From: Candidatus Latescibacterota bacterium
GTDB lineage: Bacteria; Krumholzibacteriota; Krumholzibacteriia; WVZY01
DNA: 64,000 nucleotides
Assembly: GCA_963791045.1 (NCBI GenBank)
Contig: CAWBQK010000011.1
Coordinates: 224,001-288,000, forward strand
Direction: 5' to 3'
Part shown: positions 32,285-42,549 of the stretch, one piece after another
How positions within the stretch are numbered: the first letter of the stretch is position 1
Layout: the number at the start of each line of letters is the position of its first letter
The notes under the pieces: generated by a model
Seen by the model: only the letters and a program-made list of their open reading frames with translations
Told to the model about the DNA's origin: nothing
Databases searched by the model: none
Translations under genes and position numbers: made by a program

Positions 32285-32926
32285 CTAATACCATTCAGAA
32301 AAATAAGCGCCCGCGCCCAGGCCGTGGATCTGTTCTTTGAGCTGGTTCATGAATGACAGTCGGTCGCCCGTCCACTTTATCGGCTCACCAATGAACACAT
32401 CAAGAAAGAGCGGGACGGGAAGCCACGCTCCCTTTGGCAGGGCTTTTCCCGTACCGTGGAGGAAAATCGGAACGACGGGTACATTGGGATGTTTTTCGGC
32501 AACAAACGAGACGCCTTTTTTGAAATCAATCATCTGCTCGGGTTCTCCGCGCGTTCCTTCAGGATAAAGAATAACAATATCCCTGTTGTCGAGCGCTTCA
32601 TGCACGCCGACCAGCGGATCTTCACCCTCTTCTCTTTTTGTTCGCGCGATCGGGATGATTCCGATGACATTGAGCGAAAACCACGCCCACGCCTTGCTCT
32701 TCAGAAAATAGTCCGCCGCGGCGATCGGCCGCAGTTTGAACAACTGCCGGATGGGGAAGAGCGATATAAGCGCCATGGTATCGAGATGACTGTTATGGTT
32801 GGCGACGATGATGGCCGGGCCTCGTTTGGGGAGTCGCTCCCCGTGCCGGACATTGAGGCCAAAGACTATCAACACGAGCGGTCGCATGATCAGTACGAAG
32901 AAGAGTATGCGGAGAAGCCAGGCCAT
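32285..32926 (-). CDS. PlsC-family lysophospholipid acyltransferase
   Basis: NHNSHLD, YPEGTRG. Confidence 0.92.
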   Translation of the reverse strand: MAWLLRILFFVLIMRPLVLIVFGLNVRHGERLPKRGPAIIVANHNSHLDTMALISLFPIRQLFKLRPIAAADYFLKSKAWAWFSLNVIGIIPIARTKREEGEDPLVGVHEALDNRDIVILYPEGTRGEPEQMIDFKKGVSFVAEKHPNVPVVPIFLHGTGKALPKGAWLPVPLFLDVFIGEPIKWTGDRLSFMNQLKEQIHGLGAGAYFSEWY

Positions 32927-32938
32927 GATTCCGTTTCT

Positions 32939-33880
32939 TTAATAGTAGAAGTACCGCGTGAAATGAAGGAATAGCGGCGCCGAGTAAATAAGGCTGTCTA
33001 CCCGGTCGACTATCCCGCCGTGCCCGGGGAGCATCCCGCTGAAATCCTTGATCCCCAGGTCGCGCTTGAGCGAAGACATCGTCACATCTCCAAAGAATCC
33101 GGCGATTCCAATTATGGCGCCCGAGACGATCGCGCCCACCAGGTCAAACGGCGTGAGCATGGGAGCGAGAAGAACGGCAAGAGCGACTGTTGTGATCACG
33201 CCACCCACGAAGCCCTCCCAGGTTTTGCCCGGGCTCACCCGCCACAGGATCTTTCGCCGCCCCACGAGTTTTCCCCATACATACTGCGCAACATCGTTGG
33301 ATTGCGTGAGAACGACGAGATACAAAAGCAAGCCGGCGCCCTCCCACGCGGGCCTCGCGTCGCCGGGGACGGCGAGGAGATACGCGGCATGGCTCAGGCT
33401 GAATACCATCATCATCAAGCCCCAGTGAAGAGTTCCGGTCGAACGCAGGAACCCCGATGTCTCGCCCGAGAGGAGCATGCGGACGGGGAGGAAGAGGAAC
33501 ATATATACCGGGATGAAAATTATAAACATCCCGTACCACTCGATTGCGACCCACAGGTACTGGAGCGGGTTCGCGAGGTACGTCCAGAACAACACGCCAC
33601 GGTCCGCCTTCCGGAGCGGGATGAGCGAGAGATACTCTTTCAAAGCGAGATAGCTAATGAAGGCGAAAAAGACGAGCGAGACTATCCTGTTGACCGAAAT
33701 CGCGATGGCGAAAATGATCGCCATCACCCACCACGAGCGGACGCGAAGCGTGAGTTCGGTGTAATCACGCCTGGGGTTCAATCTTCCGAGTACAAATGTA
33801 AACAGCGTCCATGCGATGAGGACGACGAGGACGCCCATGAGTACTTTCGCCACTTCTGTATCCAGGAATCTAACTTCCAT
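32939..33880 (-). CDS. phosphatidate cytidylyltransferase (YnbB-like)
   Basis: SPGKTWEG, GDVTMSSLKRDLGIKD, PGHGGIVDRVDS. Confidence 0.92.
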   Translation of the reverse strand: MEVRFLDTEVAKVLMGVLVVLIAWTLFTFVLGRLNPRRDYTELTLRVRSWWVMAIIFAIAISVNRIVSLVFFAFISYLALKEYLSLIPLRKADRGVLFWTYLANPLQYLWVAIEWYGMFIIFIPVYMFLFLPVRMLLSGETSGFLRSTGTLHWGLMMMVFSLSHAAYLLAVPGDARPAWEGAGLLLYLVVLTQSNDVAQYVWGKLVGRRKILWRVSPGKTWEGFVGGVITTVALAVLLAPMLTPFDLVGAIVSGAIIGIAGFFGDVTMSSLKRDLGIKDFSGMLPGHGGIVDRVDSLIYSAPLFLHFTRYFYY

Positions 33881-34484
33881 CTTCGGCTTCTTTCAATGCG
33901 CCGCGCGCCCGGTTGAAAATCGTTATCGCGAGAAGGACGATCATGATACCAAGAACGGCGTTCAGCCAGAACGTTTTTTGAACTTCGAACGCGATAAGAA
34001 GCGCGAGGACTCCAAAAGCGAACGCCCGGTCGCTCTTGCCCATCGGTCCATCGTACCGCCGTGTCGCGCCGATCTGAACGCCAACGACGCCGGTCATTTC
34101 GCTGATGATCGCGAGAATGTTTACGATGACGACGAGTGGGGCTGACAAAGCCGGGATGAGGGCGAAGGGCAAGTACATCGCCGTATCCGATACGACATCG
34201 CCGACCTCGTTAAAAACCGCGCCGAGTTTTGTCATCATATTGTGTTCACGGGCGAGCATTCCGTCAATCGCGTTTAGCGCCATGCGTAGGAAGAGCGCGA
34301 CGGGAATGAAGAACAAAGGCCATCTCTCGAGCGGCCACACGGCGACGAATATACCGGCGGCCACCGACAAGATGAATGCGGAACATGTTATTTGATTGGG
34401 GGTTACACCGATGCGTGCAAGGCTCCGGACGATGGGCCGGAGTGTGTTCTGGAATGCTGGTTTGAGATCGTAGATGCTTGGCAT
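33870..34484 (-). CDS. CDP-alcohol phosphatidyltransferase (YnbA-like)
   Basis: MPSIYDLKPAFQ, NAIDGMLARE..G...NEVGD, GPMGKSDRA. Confidence 0.92.
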   Translation of the reverse strand: MPSIYDLKPAFQNTLRPIVRSLARIGVTPNQITCSAFILSVAAGIFVAVWPLERWPLFFIPVALFLRMALNAIDGMLAREHNMMTKLGAVFNEVGDVVSDTAMYLPFALIPALSAPLVVIVNILAIISEMTGVVGVQIGATRRYDGPMGKSDRAFAFGVLALLIAFEVQKTFWLNAVLGIMIVLLAITIFNRARGALKEAEDGS

Positions 34485-34543
34485 ATCACCTCGCATGAAG
34501 TCTGTCACACGCCGCCACCCGCGCCTGTCTCAAAACGAACTTG

Positions 34544-35255
34544 TTAGCGCCAGTAGCTGCCCGAGACTATGTAGAAAGCCCAGTCGTCAGGGCCTCTTGC
34601 GACGTCGATCCCGGCCTGCATCCCAAACAGTCGCGCCAGCAAGTATCTAAAACCGGCGCCGCCCGCGTACTTCGGGTTCGTGTCGTTGAGGTCGCTTAGC
34701 GACATGACCGCGCGTCCGCCGCCGGCGAACCCGACCAGGCTCCATCGACCCTTGACATTCCAGCGGGCTTCGACCTCGCCGGTGATGGTGTGTTTCCCCT
34801 GGTAGCGCATCGCCGGGATGCCTCGAAGACTGATGTAGGGGAGTTGAAAGAACGGAACGTCACCATCCGTGAATTTACCGTCGAGTCTGAATCCGAGTAC
34901 GACACGCTTGTGAACCGGCACGTAGCCGTATCCGTAAATCTTGAGTTTTGTGAAATCATAATCGCTGCCGAAATATTTTTCGAAGAACTGCCAATTCCCA
35001 ATCAATCGCACGGTCTTTTTTCGGGTGGAAAAATGTCAAAAACAATCCGCCGCCATAACCCACCGCGGGTTCGGTGATGATTATGGGAACGGGGAAGAAA
35101 CCAGCGCGGCCGGCAAGCCACGTGCTCATGTCGAACTCGCCGGTTTCGGGGTCCTTGAACTTCGATTTGAAATCCTCGGTTTGAGCCGAGACGGGAAGCA
35201 CGAGCAATATGGCGAACAACGCGACGATGACGCGTCGGGAGATAGGTGTATTCAT
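34544..35255 (-). pseudogene. Omp85/BamA-type outer-membrane protein, apparently internally deleted
   Basis: signal peptide and PIIITEPAVGYGGG N-part is joined out of frame at ~35011 to the C-terminal barrel strands (LRG..RYQG..GAGFRY..GSYW). Confidence 0.65.
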
Positions 35256-35309
35256 GATCGGCGATGATATCACGACACCGTTGCGGTGGCCACAAATGAT
35301 TGGGGGTAA

Positions 35310-35375
35310 GGGTCCTATCGCCGGGGCCCCCTCAGCGAGCGAAGCCTTAGTGCGGGGTGTCATGCTCAGAGGCTT
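35310..35375 (+). repeat. REP-like palindromic repeat, copy 1
   Basis: GGGTCCT..GAGCGAAGC..GTGCGGGGTGTCATGCTCAGA.GCTT matches the reverse complement of 37682-37741. Confidence 0.75.
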
Positions 35376-35412
35376 TAACAACCCAGAACGCGAGCCGCCA
35401 TCCGTGCCAAGT

Positions 35413-36429
35413 TTACGGCTTCTGGAATTTGAAAATGATATTGAAGCGCGAGCTTTCGTAGTACGCCTGGCTGCCGCGGGGTGAGGTGTACATCGTGGGG
35501 TTCAAGAGGTCTTCGTACGGGCCGGTAAAAGCGAATTCGCCGTTGGTCCACTCCTCCACAAGATCGGCGGGTGGATCGAAGGGGGTCAGGCATGGGAATG
35601 TGAGCAGTCCGCGACCGAGATCGATTGCGTCCGACCCAAGATCGACTTTGCCGTCGGGCGGCCCAGTCCCGGTGTCATCGGTCTGGTCGAGGCCGAAGAT
35701 CTGTATCCACGGGATCGAGGAACCTTCCGGGCGCCATGTGCTATCGCGGTTGGCGATTTCGTGGATTTCGATCTCGAGAGTGCGTGGATCGATATTAAAA
35801 ATGCCAAGATTGTAGGTGTTCCGTATCATGTAGGGCCAGGTGTAGGCGAAACGGTCCGTTGGGGTGGCGCCGCCGGGACGGATGAGTTCGAGGTGCAGGG
35901 GGGCTCTAGCATCGTCCGATGGCGATTGGTCATAATCGCCTATCGTATCGTCCTCCTCGTTTACATAGGTGACGGCGAGGACTTCTCCATCGAGAAGTGG
36001 TGTCCCCAGCCAGAGCCCGATCACTTCTTCGGTAGCCGGATCGAGAATGAACCCGAAGTCGTCGTCATATGTGAGAAGTTTGAAACGGCGGAATTCAAAG
36101 TCATCCCCCACGCCAATCCCCGAACCGTCCCCCAGCGAATCGACCCAAGCGGCGCCCCACGTGACGATTGTTTCCGGCGTATAGAAATCGGCAATAGACC
36201 GCCAGACGTTAACCGTTTCCGGGCGGGGAATGAAAAACCGATCGGGGTATGTCTCATCGGGTGGACGGTCAAAGAAGAAATAAGTATTCCAGATGTTGTC
36301 GATGGACGCGATGATCCGGGTCTCTTTTTCGCCGTCGTCGGGGCAGTTGCATGGACCCGTCGAGTCATCGCTGCACGAGACAAGAGAAACAACGAGTATG
36401 GAAGCGATCAACCAAACAAACAGCCGCAT
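35413..36429 (-). CDS. lipoprotein resembling an N-terminal segment of SprA (T9SS translocon)
   Basis: lipobox LVSC; RNTYNLG..IQIFGLD..PDGKVD..GLLTFP.LTPF recalls SprA motifs. Confidence 0.65.
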   Translation of the reverse strand: MRLFVWLIASILVVSLVSCSDDSTGPCNCPDDGEKETRIIASIDNIWNTYFFFDRPPDETYPDRFFIPRPETVNVWRSIADFYTPETIVTWGAAWVDSLGDGSGIGVGDDFEFRRFKLLTYDDDFGFILDPATEEVIGLWLGTPLLDGEVLAVTYVNEEDDTIGDYDQSPSDDARAPLHLELIRPGGATPTDRFAYTWPYMIRNTYNLGIFNIDPRTLEIEIHEIANRDSTWRPEGSSIPWIQIFGLDQTDDTGTGPPDGKVDLGSDAIDLGRGLLTFPCLTPFDPPADLVEEWTNGEFAFTGPYEDLLNPTMYTSPRGSQAYYESSRFNIIFKFQKP

Positions 36430-36434
36430 CTGTC

Positions 36435-37385
36435 TCACATGCCCCACGGATACTCGGAGCGGTCGACACAATACGTCCCCAGTGGCGCTGATTTCAGATC
36501 GACCGTGAATTCCAGCTTGGGGTCGCCTTCTTTGACATACGGTTCGTATACCTGAATGATGTACTCGCCCGGTTGGAGATTACGTATTTCGTAATCGAGA
36601 TCGAAGAGACAAGAACAGTCACAAAGTCCTTCGACTTCATTTTCTTCGATACGGATGATGTTTTTTGCGATCGTTATCACTGGATCGATTACGGGACAGC
36701 AGTTGAAACCGGCATTCAGATGCGTGAGCCGGAGGGTGCTTTCACCATCAAAATCATAATCGACGCAATCTTTGGTGGACGGTATAACCTCGATCGCACC
36801 GTTGTCCACAAAATCCTTGCAGTCCGAGGCGTTCAGGAGAAGGCCGTAGGGATTGTCCTGGATAACGCCAATATCCCATGGGTAGTGGTCACGGTCGAGG
36901 CAGGTGACACCCGATGGCCTGGTGTAGAGGTTGACGTCGACTTCGAGGGCTGGATCAGATTCGATCGTGTAGAGTTCGGCGATCCGGATCGTGTATTCGC
37001 CCGGCGGGAGATCGGTGATCTCATACTCGACGTCGTAGAGACAAAGACAATGGCAGGCGGGTTGAGACTCAGCTTCAACGATAAGAATGAGACCGTCCTC
37101 GACGGTGATCGTCGCCGACAGGTCGCCGGGGCAGCAGTTGAACGCCGCGTTGACGTGCGTAATGTTTAGCGTCCCGACTCCGTCCCAGCGGTGCATGATA
37201 CAGTCCGACGTGACGGGCGTGATATCGAGAGGAGGAATTGTCTCAAGTGTCTTGCAACCAGTCGAGCTTATCAAGTCGCCCGAAGGGATTCCCGGACCGG
37301 TCTTGATAACACCGTCATTGTCGCCGCCGCAACCCGCGGCGAAAAGAAGCGCGATTGCCACGAACGCCACAAATCTGGGAAACAT
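36435..37385 (-). CDS. Cys-rich lipoprotein with two tandem repeat domains
   Basis: lipobox AAGC; two copies of H.NA.FNCCP..C.CL.D..YEI..L.PGEY.I..DR..YPW. Confidence 0.8.
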   Translation of the reverse strand: MFPRFVAFVAIALLFAAGCGGDNDGVIKTGPGIPSGDLISSTGCKTLETIPPLDITPVTSDCIMHRWDGVGTLNITHVNAAFNCCPGDLSATITVEDGLILIVEAESQPACHCLCLYDVEYEITDLPPGEYTIRIAELYTIESDPALEVDVNLYTRPSGVTCLDRDHYPWDIGVIQDNPYGLLLNASDCKDFVDNGAIEVIPSTKDCVDYDFDGESTLRLTHLNAGFNCCPVIDPVITIAKNIIRIEENEVEGLCDCSCLFDLDYEIRNLQPGEYIIQVYEPYVKEGDPKLEFTVDLKSAPLGTYCVDRSEYPWGM

Positions 37386-37681
37386 TTGAAGACCTCCAGA
37401 GCGCTTGACAGCCAAGGGTCAAGTGGGGATCGGTTGAAAGCAGGGAACTCGGCGGGCAATCCAACGTCCCGCGCACCCCCGTACTATAAATGTAGCGGAT
37501 ATTTCAGATGCTGCAACTTGATACCACGTGATTTTTTGAACTCACCTGTGGGCGCGGTGGGAGCGTTCGATGACCCGGCGCGGGTTGTGTGGGTGGATTC
37601 CCGGCACGGGTGGCATCGGTGGGGCCCCCGACGCGAGCGGAGCGTAAGCGAGCACGCGCGGGCTTACCGTTGAGGTGACTG

Positions 37682-37741
37682 AAGCATCTGAGCATGATAC
37701 CCCGCACCTCGCTTCGCTCGGGGTATCCGATGACAGGACCC
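37682..37741 (-). repeat. REP-like palindromic repeat, copy 2 (inverted); related motif at ~37620-37662
   Basis: aligns by eye with 35310-35375. Confidence 0.75.
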
Positions 37742-37756
37742 GTGCCGAGCAATACA

Positions 37757-37782
37757 AAAGGGGGCCCTTGTTGGGCCCCCTT
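37757..37782 (-). terminator. intrinsic terminator of hflKC
   Basis: AAGGGGGCCC..GGGCCCCCTT with a T run on the minus strand. Confidence 0.75.
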
Positions 37783-37809
37783 CGTTGATGCGACTTGCAG
37801 TAACTTGCT

Positions 37810-38730
37810 CTACTTGAGGTACTTGTAGAATTCCCCGTCCGTGGTCAGAATCAGCGACGTTTCCGCATCGATCGTATTCTGGTAGATCTCCATCGTTTTG
37901 AGGAATTCATAGAAATCCCTCGTCGAGGGTGATCTATCATAGGCTGCCGCATAAATCGACGTGGCCTGGGCGTCGCCCCGGCCGGTGATCTCGCGGGCCA
38001 AACGATACGCTTCCGATTGGATCTCTTTCAGATCCCTGTCCTTCTCGCCGCGGATCCTCGATGCTTCACCCTGGCCCTCGGACCGGTATCGATCGGCGAT
38101 CCGCCGGCTCTCGGCGACCATTCGTTCGTAGACCTTGCGGCGGACCTCTTCGACATAGTTGATCCGTTTGAACTGGACATCGAGAATTTCGATCCCGAGA
38201 TCGCTCGTTCGGGTCTGCGCTTTGGCGAGAATTTCGTACCGGATCACATCGCGTCCGTACGAAATCGGAGCGAGCATCGCCTCATCGGCCGATTCGAGTT
38301 CCGACCGCTCCGGTTCTCGGTTCGAGGTGCGAATCACCTCGACGAGATTGTGATTCGCGATGGAGTTTCTTGTCTCGCCATCGAGAATATCATCGAGACG
38401 TGTCTGCGCTCCCCGTTCGTCACGAAGCCGCTGGAAGAACAGGAGCGGATCTGTAATCCGCCAACGCGCATACGTGTCGACCCAGATAAAACGCTTGTCC
38501 TTCGTCGGGAGCTGATTCGCGTCACCATCCCATTCGAGAAAGCGTTTGTCGAAACGGTGCGCTTTCTGGACGATCGGGATTTTGAACTTGAGCCCCGGTG
38601 TGTCAACTGGGTCGCCAACTGGCTTTCCAAACTGAGTGATGATCACTTGTTCGGGTTCCTGAACGACATAGAAGGCACCGCGGAGCACGATGATGGCAAG
38701 GAGTGCGATTACGATAAATGCTATTCTCAT
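37810..38730 (-). CDS. hflC: FtsH modulator HflC
   Basis: SPFH domain, TQFGKP, TKDKRFI.VD.YARWRI, RSEG. Confidence 0.93.
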   Translation of the reverse strand: MRIAFIVIALLAIIVLRGAFYVVQEPEQVIITQFGKPVGDPVDTPGLKFKIPIVQKAHRFDKRFLEWDGDANQLPTKDKRFIWVDTYARWRITDPLLFFQRLRDERGAQTRLDDILDGETRNSIANHNLVEVIRTSNREPERSELESADEAMLAPISYGRDVIRYEILAKAQTRTSDLGIEILDVQFKRINYVEEVRRKVYERMVAESRRIADRYRSEGQGEASRIRGEKDRDLKEIQSEAYRLAREITGRGDAQATSIYAAAYDRSPSTRDFYEFLKTMEIYQNTIDAETSLILTTDGEFYKYLK

Positions 38731-39746
38731 TTGTCATCACCGCCTTTACTTCTGCCGGGAGGTTCTATGTTGAGCAGTGGAATGATTCCTTTTAAATCCT
38801 CGTCCAAGATAATTTTCTTGGAAACCTGCGGCAGAATAATATTCATCGTTTCGAGATAGATCCTCTTTTTTGTGACTTCAGGGGCTTTTTGATACTCCTG
38901 GAACACGACAACGAACCGTGCGGAGTCGCCTCGCGCGGTGTTGACGCGCTGGAGCGCATAGCCCTCGGCTTCATTGATTGTCTGCTGCGCTTCGCCCCTC
39001 GCCCTTGGGATCACCCTGTTGTAATCGGACTGGGCTTCGTTGATGAGTTTTTCGCGTTCTTGTTGTGCTTCGTTGACCTCGTTAAAAGAGGGTTTCACCG
39101 CGTCGGGCGGGTTGACGTCCTGGAGCACCACCTGGTCGACATTGATTCCAGTTTCATATTGCACGCAGAGCTCCTGGAGCTGCTCTTCTACGAGCGTGGC
39201 GATTTCCTGACGACCAACCGTGAGGACTTCGTTGACCGTGCGGTCACCGACGACACGTCTTACGACTGCCTCAGACATATCACGAAACGTACTTTGCACA
39301 TTCCTTACCCTGAAAAGGTACTGGTAGGGGTCGACGATCCGGTACTGGACCACCCACTCGACAACAGCGGCGTTGAGATCGCCCGTGAGCATATTGGATT
39401 CAGACGCCCGCCCCTTTTCGGTGTACGTGCTACGCGCACCCGAGGACGACACCGTTTGAAATCCAAACTCCTCCTTTAGCTGTCGCTGAACCGGAACCTT
39501 TGTCACCCGTTCGATGCCCAGCGGGAGCTTTATATGAAGACCGGGGTCGCTGTTCCGCGAGAATTTCCCAAGACGGAGGACGACGCCGATCTCTTCAGGT
39601 TCAATGGTGTAGAACATCGAAAGGGCAAGAAGACCAATAATCACAAGGATGATGATCGTTCGCGCCCCACCTCCAATCCCACGCCGGAGCCGCATGCGCG
39701 CGGCGTTCACGAATTCACTGAATTCGCCAAATTCGCCTTCGGCCAT
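38727..39746 (-). CDS. hflK: FtsH modulator HflK
   Basis: MLTGDLN, VIPRARGEA, APEVTKKRIYLETM. Confidence 0.93.
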   Translation of the reverse strand: MAEGEFGEFSEFVNAARMRLRRGIGGGARTIIILVIIGLLALSMFYTIEPEEIGVVLRLGKFSRNSDPGLHIKLPLGIERVTKVPVQRQLKEEFGFQTVSSSGARSTYTEKGRASESNMLTGDLNAAVVEWVVQYRIVDPYQYLFRVRNVQSTFRDMSEAVVRRVVGDRTVNEVLTVGRQEIATLVEEQLQELCVQYETGINVDQVVLQDVNPPDAVKPSFNEVNEAQQEREKLINEAQSDYNRVIPRARGEAQQTINEAEGYALQRVNTARGDSARFVVVFQEYQKAPEVTKKRIYLETMNIILPQVSKKIILDEDLKGIIPLLNIEPPGRSKGGDDK

Positions 39747-39997
39747 AATGACTCAACTCCTTTCTTTTCAAAATGTTTTGATCTGATTTCACGCTATCAC
39801 AAATCGAAAGGCCTACAAAGGAGTAATACCCGTCCCGCGGGAAAACATTCAACGGCCACGCCGAAGGTCGGATGTCCTCGATGGCTCGGCGTGGCCGCAG
39901 GAGACGATTGACACGTTGGCCGCCCGGAATCTATATTGGCTCAGAAGCACCGCCGTTAAACGGCACTCCAGAAGCGAGTTGTCTCATGACCAATAAA

Positions 39998-40612
39998 ATG
40001 AAGCAGATTCTTGTGCTCTTTGCCCATCCGACGTACAGGCAATCGCGGGCGAGCAGAGGGCTGGTCTGGGCCGTCCAGAATCTCGATGGGGTGACGTTTC
40101 ATGATTTATATGAGGCGTATCCGGAGTTCGATATCGATGTTTCCGCGGAGCAGGAACTTCTCATCAGACACGATATCATCATTTTTCACCATCCTTTCTT
40201 CTGGTACAGCACGCCGGCGATCCTCAAAGAGTGGCAGGATCTCGTTCTCGAACACGGTTGGGCGTACGGCAAAGATGGCCACGCGCTTCGCGGCAAAATG
40301 TTCTTCAATGTGATTACGACGGGCGGCGGGGAAGAGGCCTATCAACGAAACGGACACAACCGTTTCACGATTCGTGAACTTCTTGCGCCGATGGAACAAA
40401 CGGCGAATTTGTGCGAGATGACATACCTCCCGCCCTTTGTGGTACACGCGACGCATACGCTGGCGGGTGCGGATATCCGTGGGCACGCGGAGGATTATCG
40501 CCGCATCGTGGAAGCGTTTCGGGATGGGTGTATCGATATGAAAGCGCTGCAAAAACAACCACGGCTCAACAAGAACCTGGACGCAGTGGTTATAAATCCG
40601 GCGGGCGATTGA
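39998..40612 (+). CDS. KefF/KefG-like NAD(P)H oxidoreductase
   Basis: FAHP, HDLYEAYP, HPFFWYSTPAILKEWQD. Confidence 0.9.
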   Translation: MKQILVLFAHPTYRQSRASRGLVWAVQNLDGVTFHDLYEAYPEFDIDVSAEQELLIRHDIIIFHHPFFWYSTPAILKEWQDLVLEHGWAYGKDGHALRGKMFFNVITTGGGEEAYQRNGHNRFTIRELLAPMEQTANLCEMTYLPPFVVHATHTLAGADIRGHAEDYRRIVEAFRDGCIDMKALQKQPRLNKNLDAVVINPAGD

Positions 40613-40613
40613 T

Positions 40614-42506
40614 ATGCACGGAGAAGGATTCTTTTTTCAGGCGTTTATCTATCTCACCGCGGCGGTGGTTTCGGTGCCGATCGCCAAGCGGCTCGGCCTG
40701 GGGTCGGTGCTTGGATATCTTTTTGCGGGAATGATTATCGGGCCGTTCGGGTTCGGGCTGGTCGGTGAAGAAGGTCAGGATATCATGCACTTCGCTGAGT
40801 TTGGCGTGGTGATGATGCTCTTTCTCGTAGGCCTCGAACTTCAGCCGTCGCTCTTGTGGCGGCTTCGCGGCCCCGTCATTGGACTGGGAGGGCTTCAGGT
40901 TGGAATAACCGCGGGTATTGGGATGGGGATCGGTATGGCGTTTGGTCTCGACTGGAGGCCCGCGCTGGCCATCGGTATGACCCTTGCGCTTTCATCGACC
41001 GCTATAGTGCTGCAGACGCTATCCGAAAAACAATTGATGCGGACAGACGCCGGACAAAGTTCGTTCGCCGTACTGCTGTTTCAGGATATCGCCGTGATCC
41101 CAATGCTCGCTCTCTTTCCGCTCCTTGCGATTGGGGCTGTCGGCCACGGACACGGAGCGTCGGGCGGCGGTACATGGGTCGCCGGCTTGCCCGGTTGGGC
41201 TCAGACCCTCGCCGTTCTTGCCGTTGTCGCCGCGATTGTTCTCGCGGGGAGATTTCTTGCCCGGCGTGCGTTTCGGTTGATCGCTCAGACCCGGCTGCGC
41301 GAAACTTTCACCGCAACCGCGCTTCTTCTCGTTATCGGCATCGCCCTTCTTATGTCCAAAGTTGGCCTGAGCCCCGCGCTTGGGACATTTCTTGCGGGCG
41401 TGGTTCTCGCCAACAATGAATATCGGCACGAACTCGAAAGCGATATCGATCCTTTCAAAGGGTTGCTTCTCGGGCTTTTCTTTATCGCCGTCGGCGCATC
41501 GATCGATTTTCACCTCGTTGCCGCGCGTCCGGTCTTGATCGCCTCCGTTGTGGGCATACTGATCCTGGTCAAATTTGCCGTTCTCTTCTTTTTGGGCCGC
41601 GTGTTCAAGATGGGTCTTGACCAGAACGTGTTGTTCGCCTTCGCGCTGGCTCAATCCGGAGAATTCGGTTTCGTCCTTTTTTCATTCGCCGTGCAGAACG
41701 GGGTCATCTCCCCCGAAGTGACGAACATTCTAATGGCGGTCGTGGCTTTGTCGATGGCCGTCACGCCGTTCTTGATGCTCTTGAACGAGAAACTCGTTCA
41801 ACCCCGGTTCGGAACCAAAGAACGTGCCGAGCGCGACGCGGATGAATTCGATGAACGAAACCCCGTAATCATCGCCGGATTCGGGCGTTTTGGAAACATC
41901 GTGGGCCGGTTGCTCGCCGCGAATAACATAAAGGCCACCGTTCTTGAATACGATTCGGATCACGTTGAGGTTCTCAGGAAGCTCGGCTTTGAGGTTTTCT
42001 ACGGCGATGCTTCACGGCACGACCTGTTGCTGGCCGCGGGTGCCGAGGACGCGAGGATCATTGTTCTGGCGCTCGATGATCCTTCGAAAACACTCGGGAT
42101 GGTTGGGACGGTCAGAAAACATTTTCCGCATTTGCAAATAGTGGCGAGGGCGAACGGTCGCCCTGAGGCCTATGATCTTTATTGCGCCGGTGTCGACCAC
42201 GTTTATCGTGACACGCTGGATACGTCTCTGCGAATGGGGATCGATGTGCTCAGAATGATGGGACTTCGCGGTTTCCACGCGCACCGTTCAGCGCGGTTGT
42301 TTCGCAAGCACGACGAGCAATCGGTCCGCGAACTCGCCTCGATGCGTCATGATCAAAAGGCGTATTTTACGGTGGCCCGGCAACGAATCAAAGATCTCGA
42401 GCAAATACTGCTGTTGGAGCTCGAGGGTAAAGGCCAGGAAAGGGACGTTGGGTGGGACACCGAGGCTCTCCGCAAAGAATTCGGCGGAAAGTCAACCGAC
42501 GATTGA
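40614..42506 (+). CDS. KefB/KefC-type K+/H+ antiporter with KTN domain
   Basis: CPA2 TMs, LLFQD, GFGRFG, FYGDA. Confidence 0.93.
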   Translation: MHGEGFFFQAFIYLTAAVVSVPIAKRLGLGSVLGYLFAGMIIGPFGFGLVGEEGQDIMHFAEFGVVMMLFLVGLELQPSLLWRLRGPVIGLGGLQVGITAGIGMGIGMAFGLDWRPALAIGMTLALSSTAIVLQTLSEKQLMRTDAGQSSFAVLLFQDIAVIPMLALFPLLAIGAVGHGHGASGGGTWVAGLPGWAQTLAVLAVVAAIVLAGRFLARRAFRLIAQTRLRETFTATALLLVIGIALLMSKVGLSPALGTFLAGVVLANNEYRHELESDIDPFKGLLLGLFFIAVGASIDFHLVAARPVLIASVVGILILVKFAVLFFLGRVFKMGLDQNVLFAFALAQSGEFGFVLFSFAVQNGVISPEVTNILMAVVALSMAVTPFLMLLNEKLVQPRFGTKERAERDADEFDERNPVIIAGFGRFGNIVGRLLAANNIKATVLEYDSDHVEVLRKLGFEVFYGDASRHDLLLAAGAEDARIIVLALDDPSKTLGMVGTVRKHFPHLQIVARANGRPEAYDLYCAGVDHVYRDTLDTSLRMGIDVLRMMGLRGFHAHRSARLFRKHDEQSVRELASMRHDQKAYFTVARQRIKDLEQILLLELEGKGQERDVGWDTEALRKEFGGKSTDD

Positions 42507-42549
42507 TTTCATGACCGCAATGGAACGCCTGGGTGTCGCCGCGATTTGT

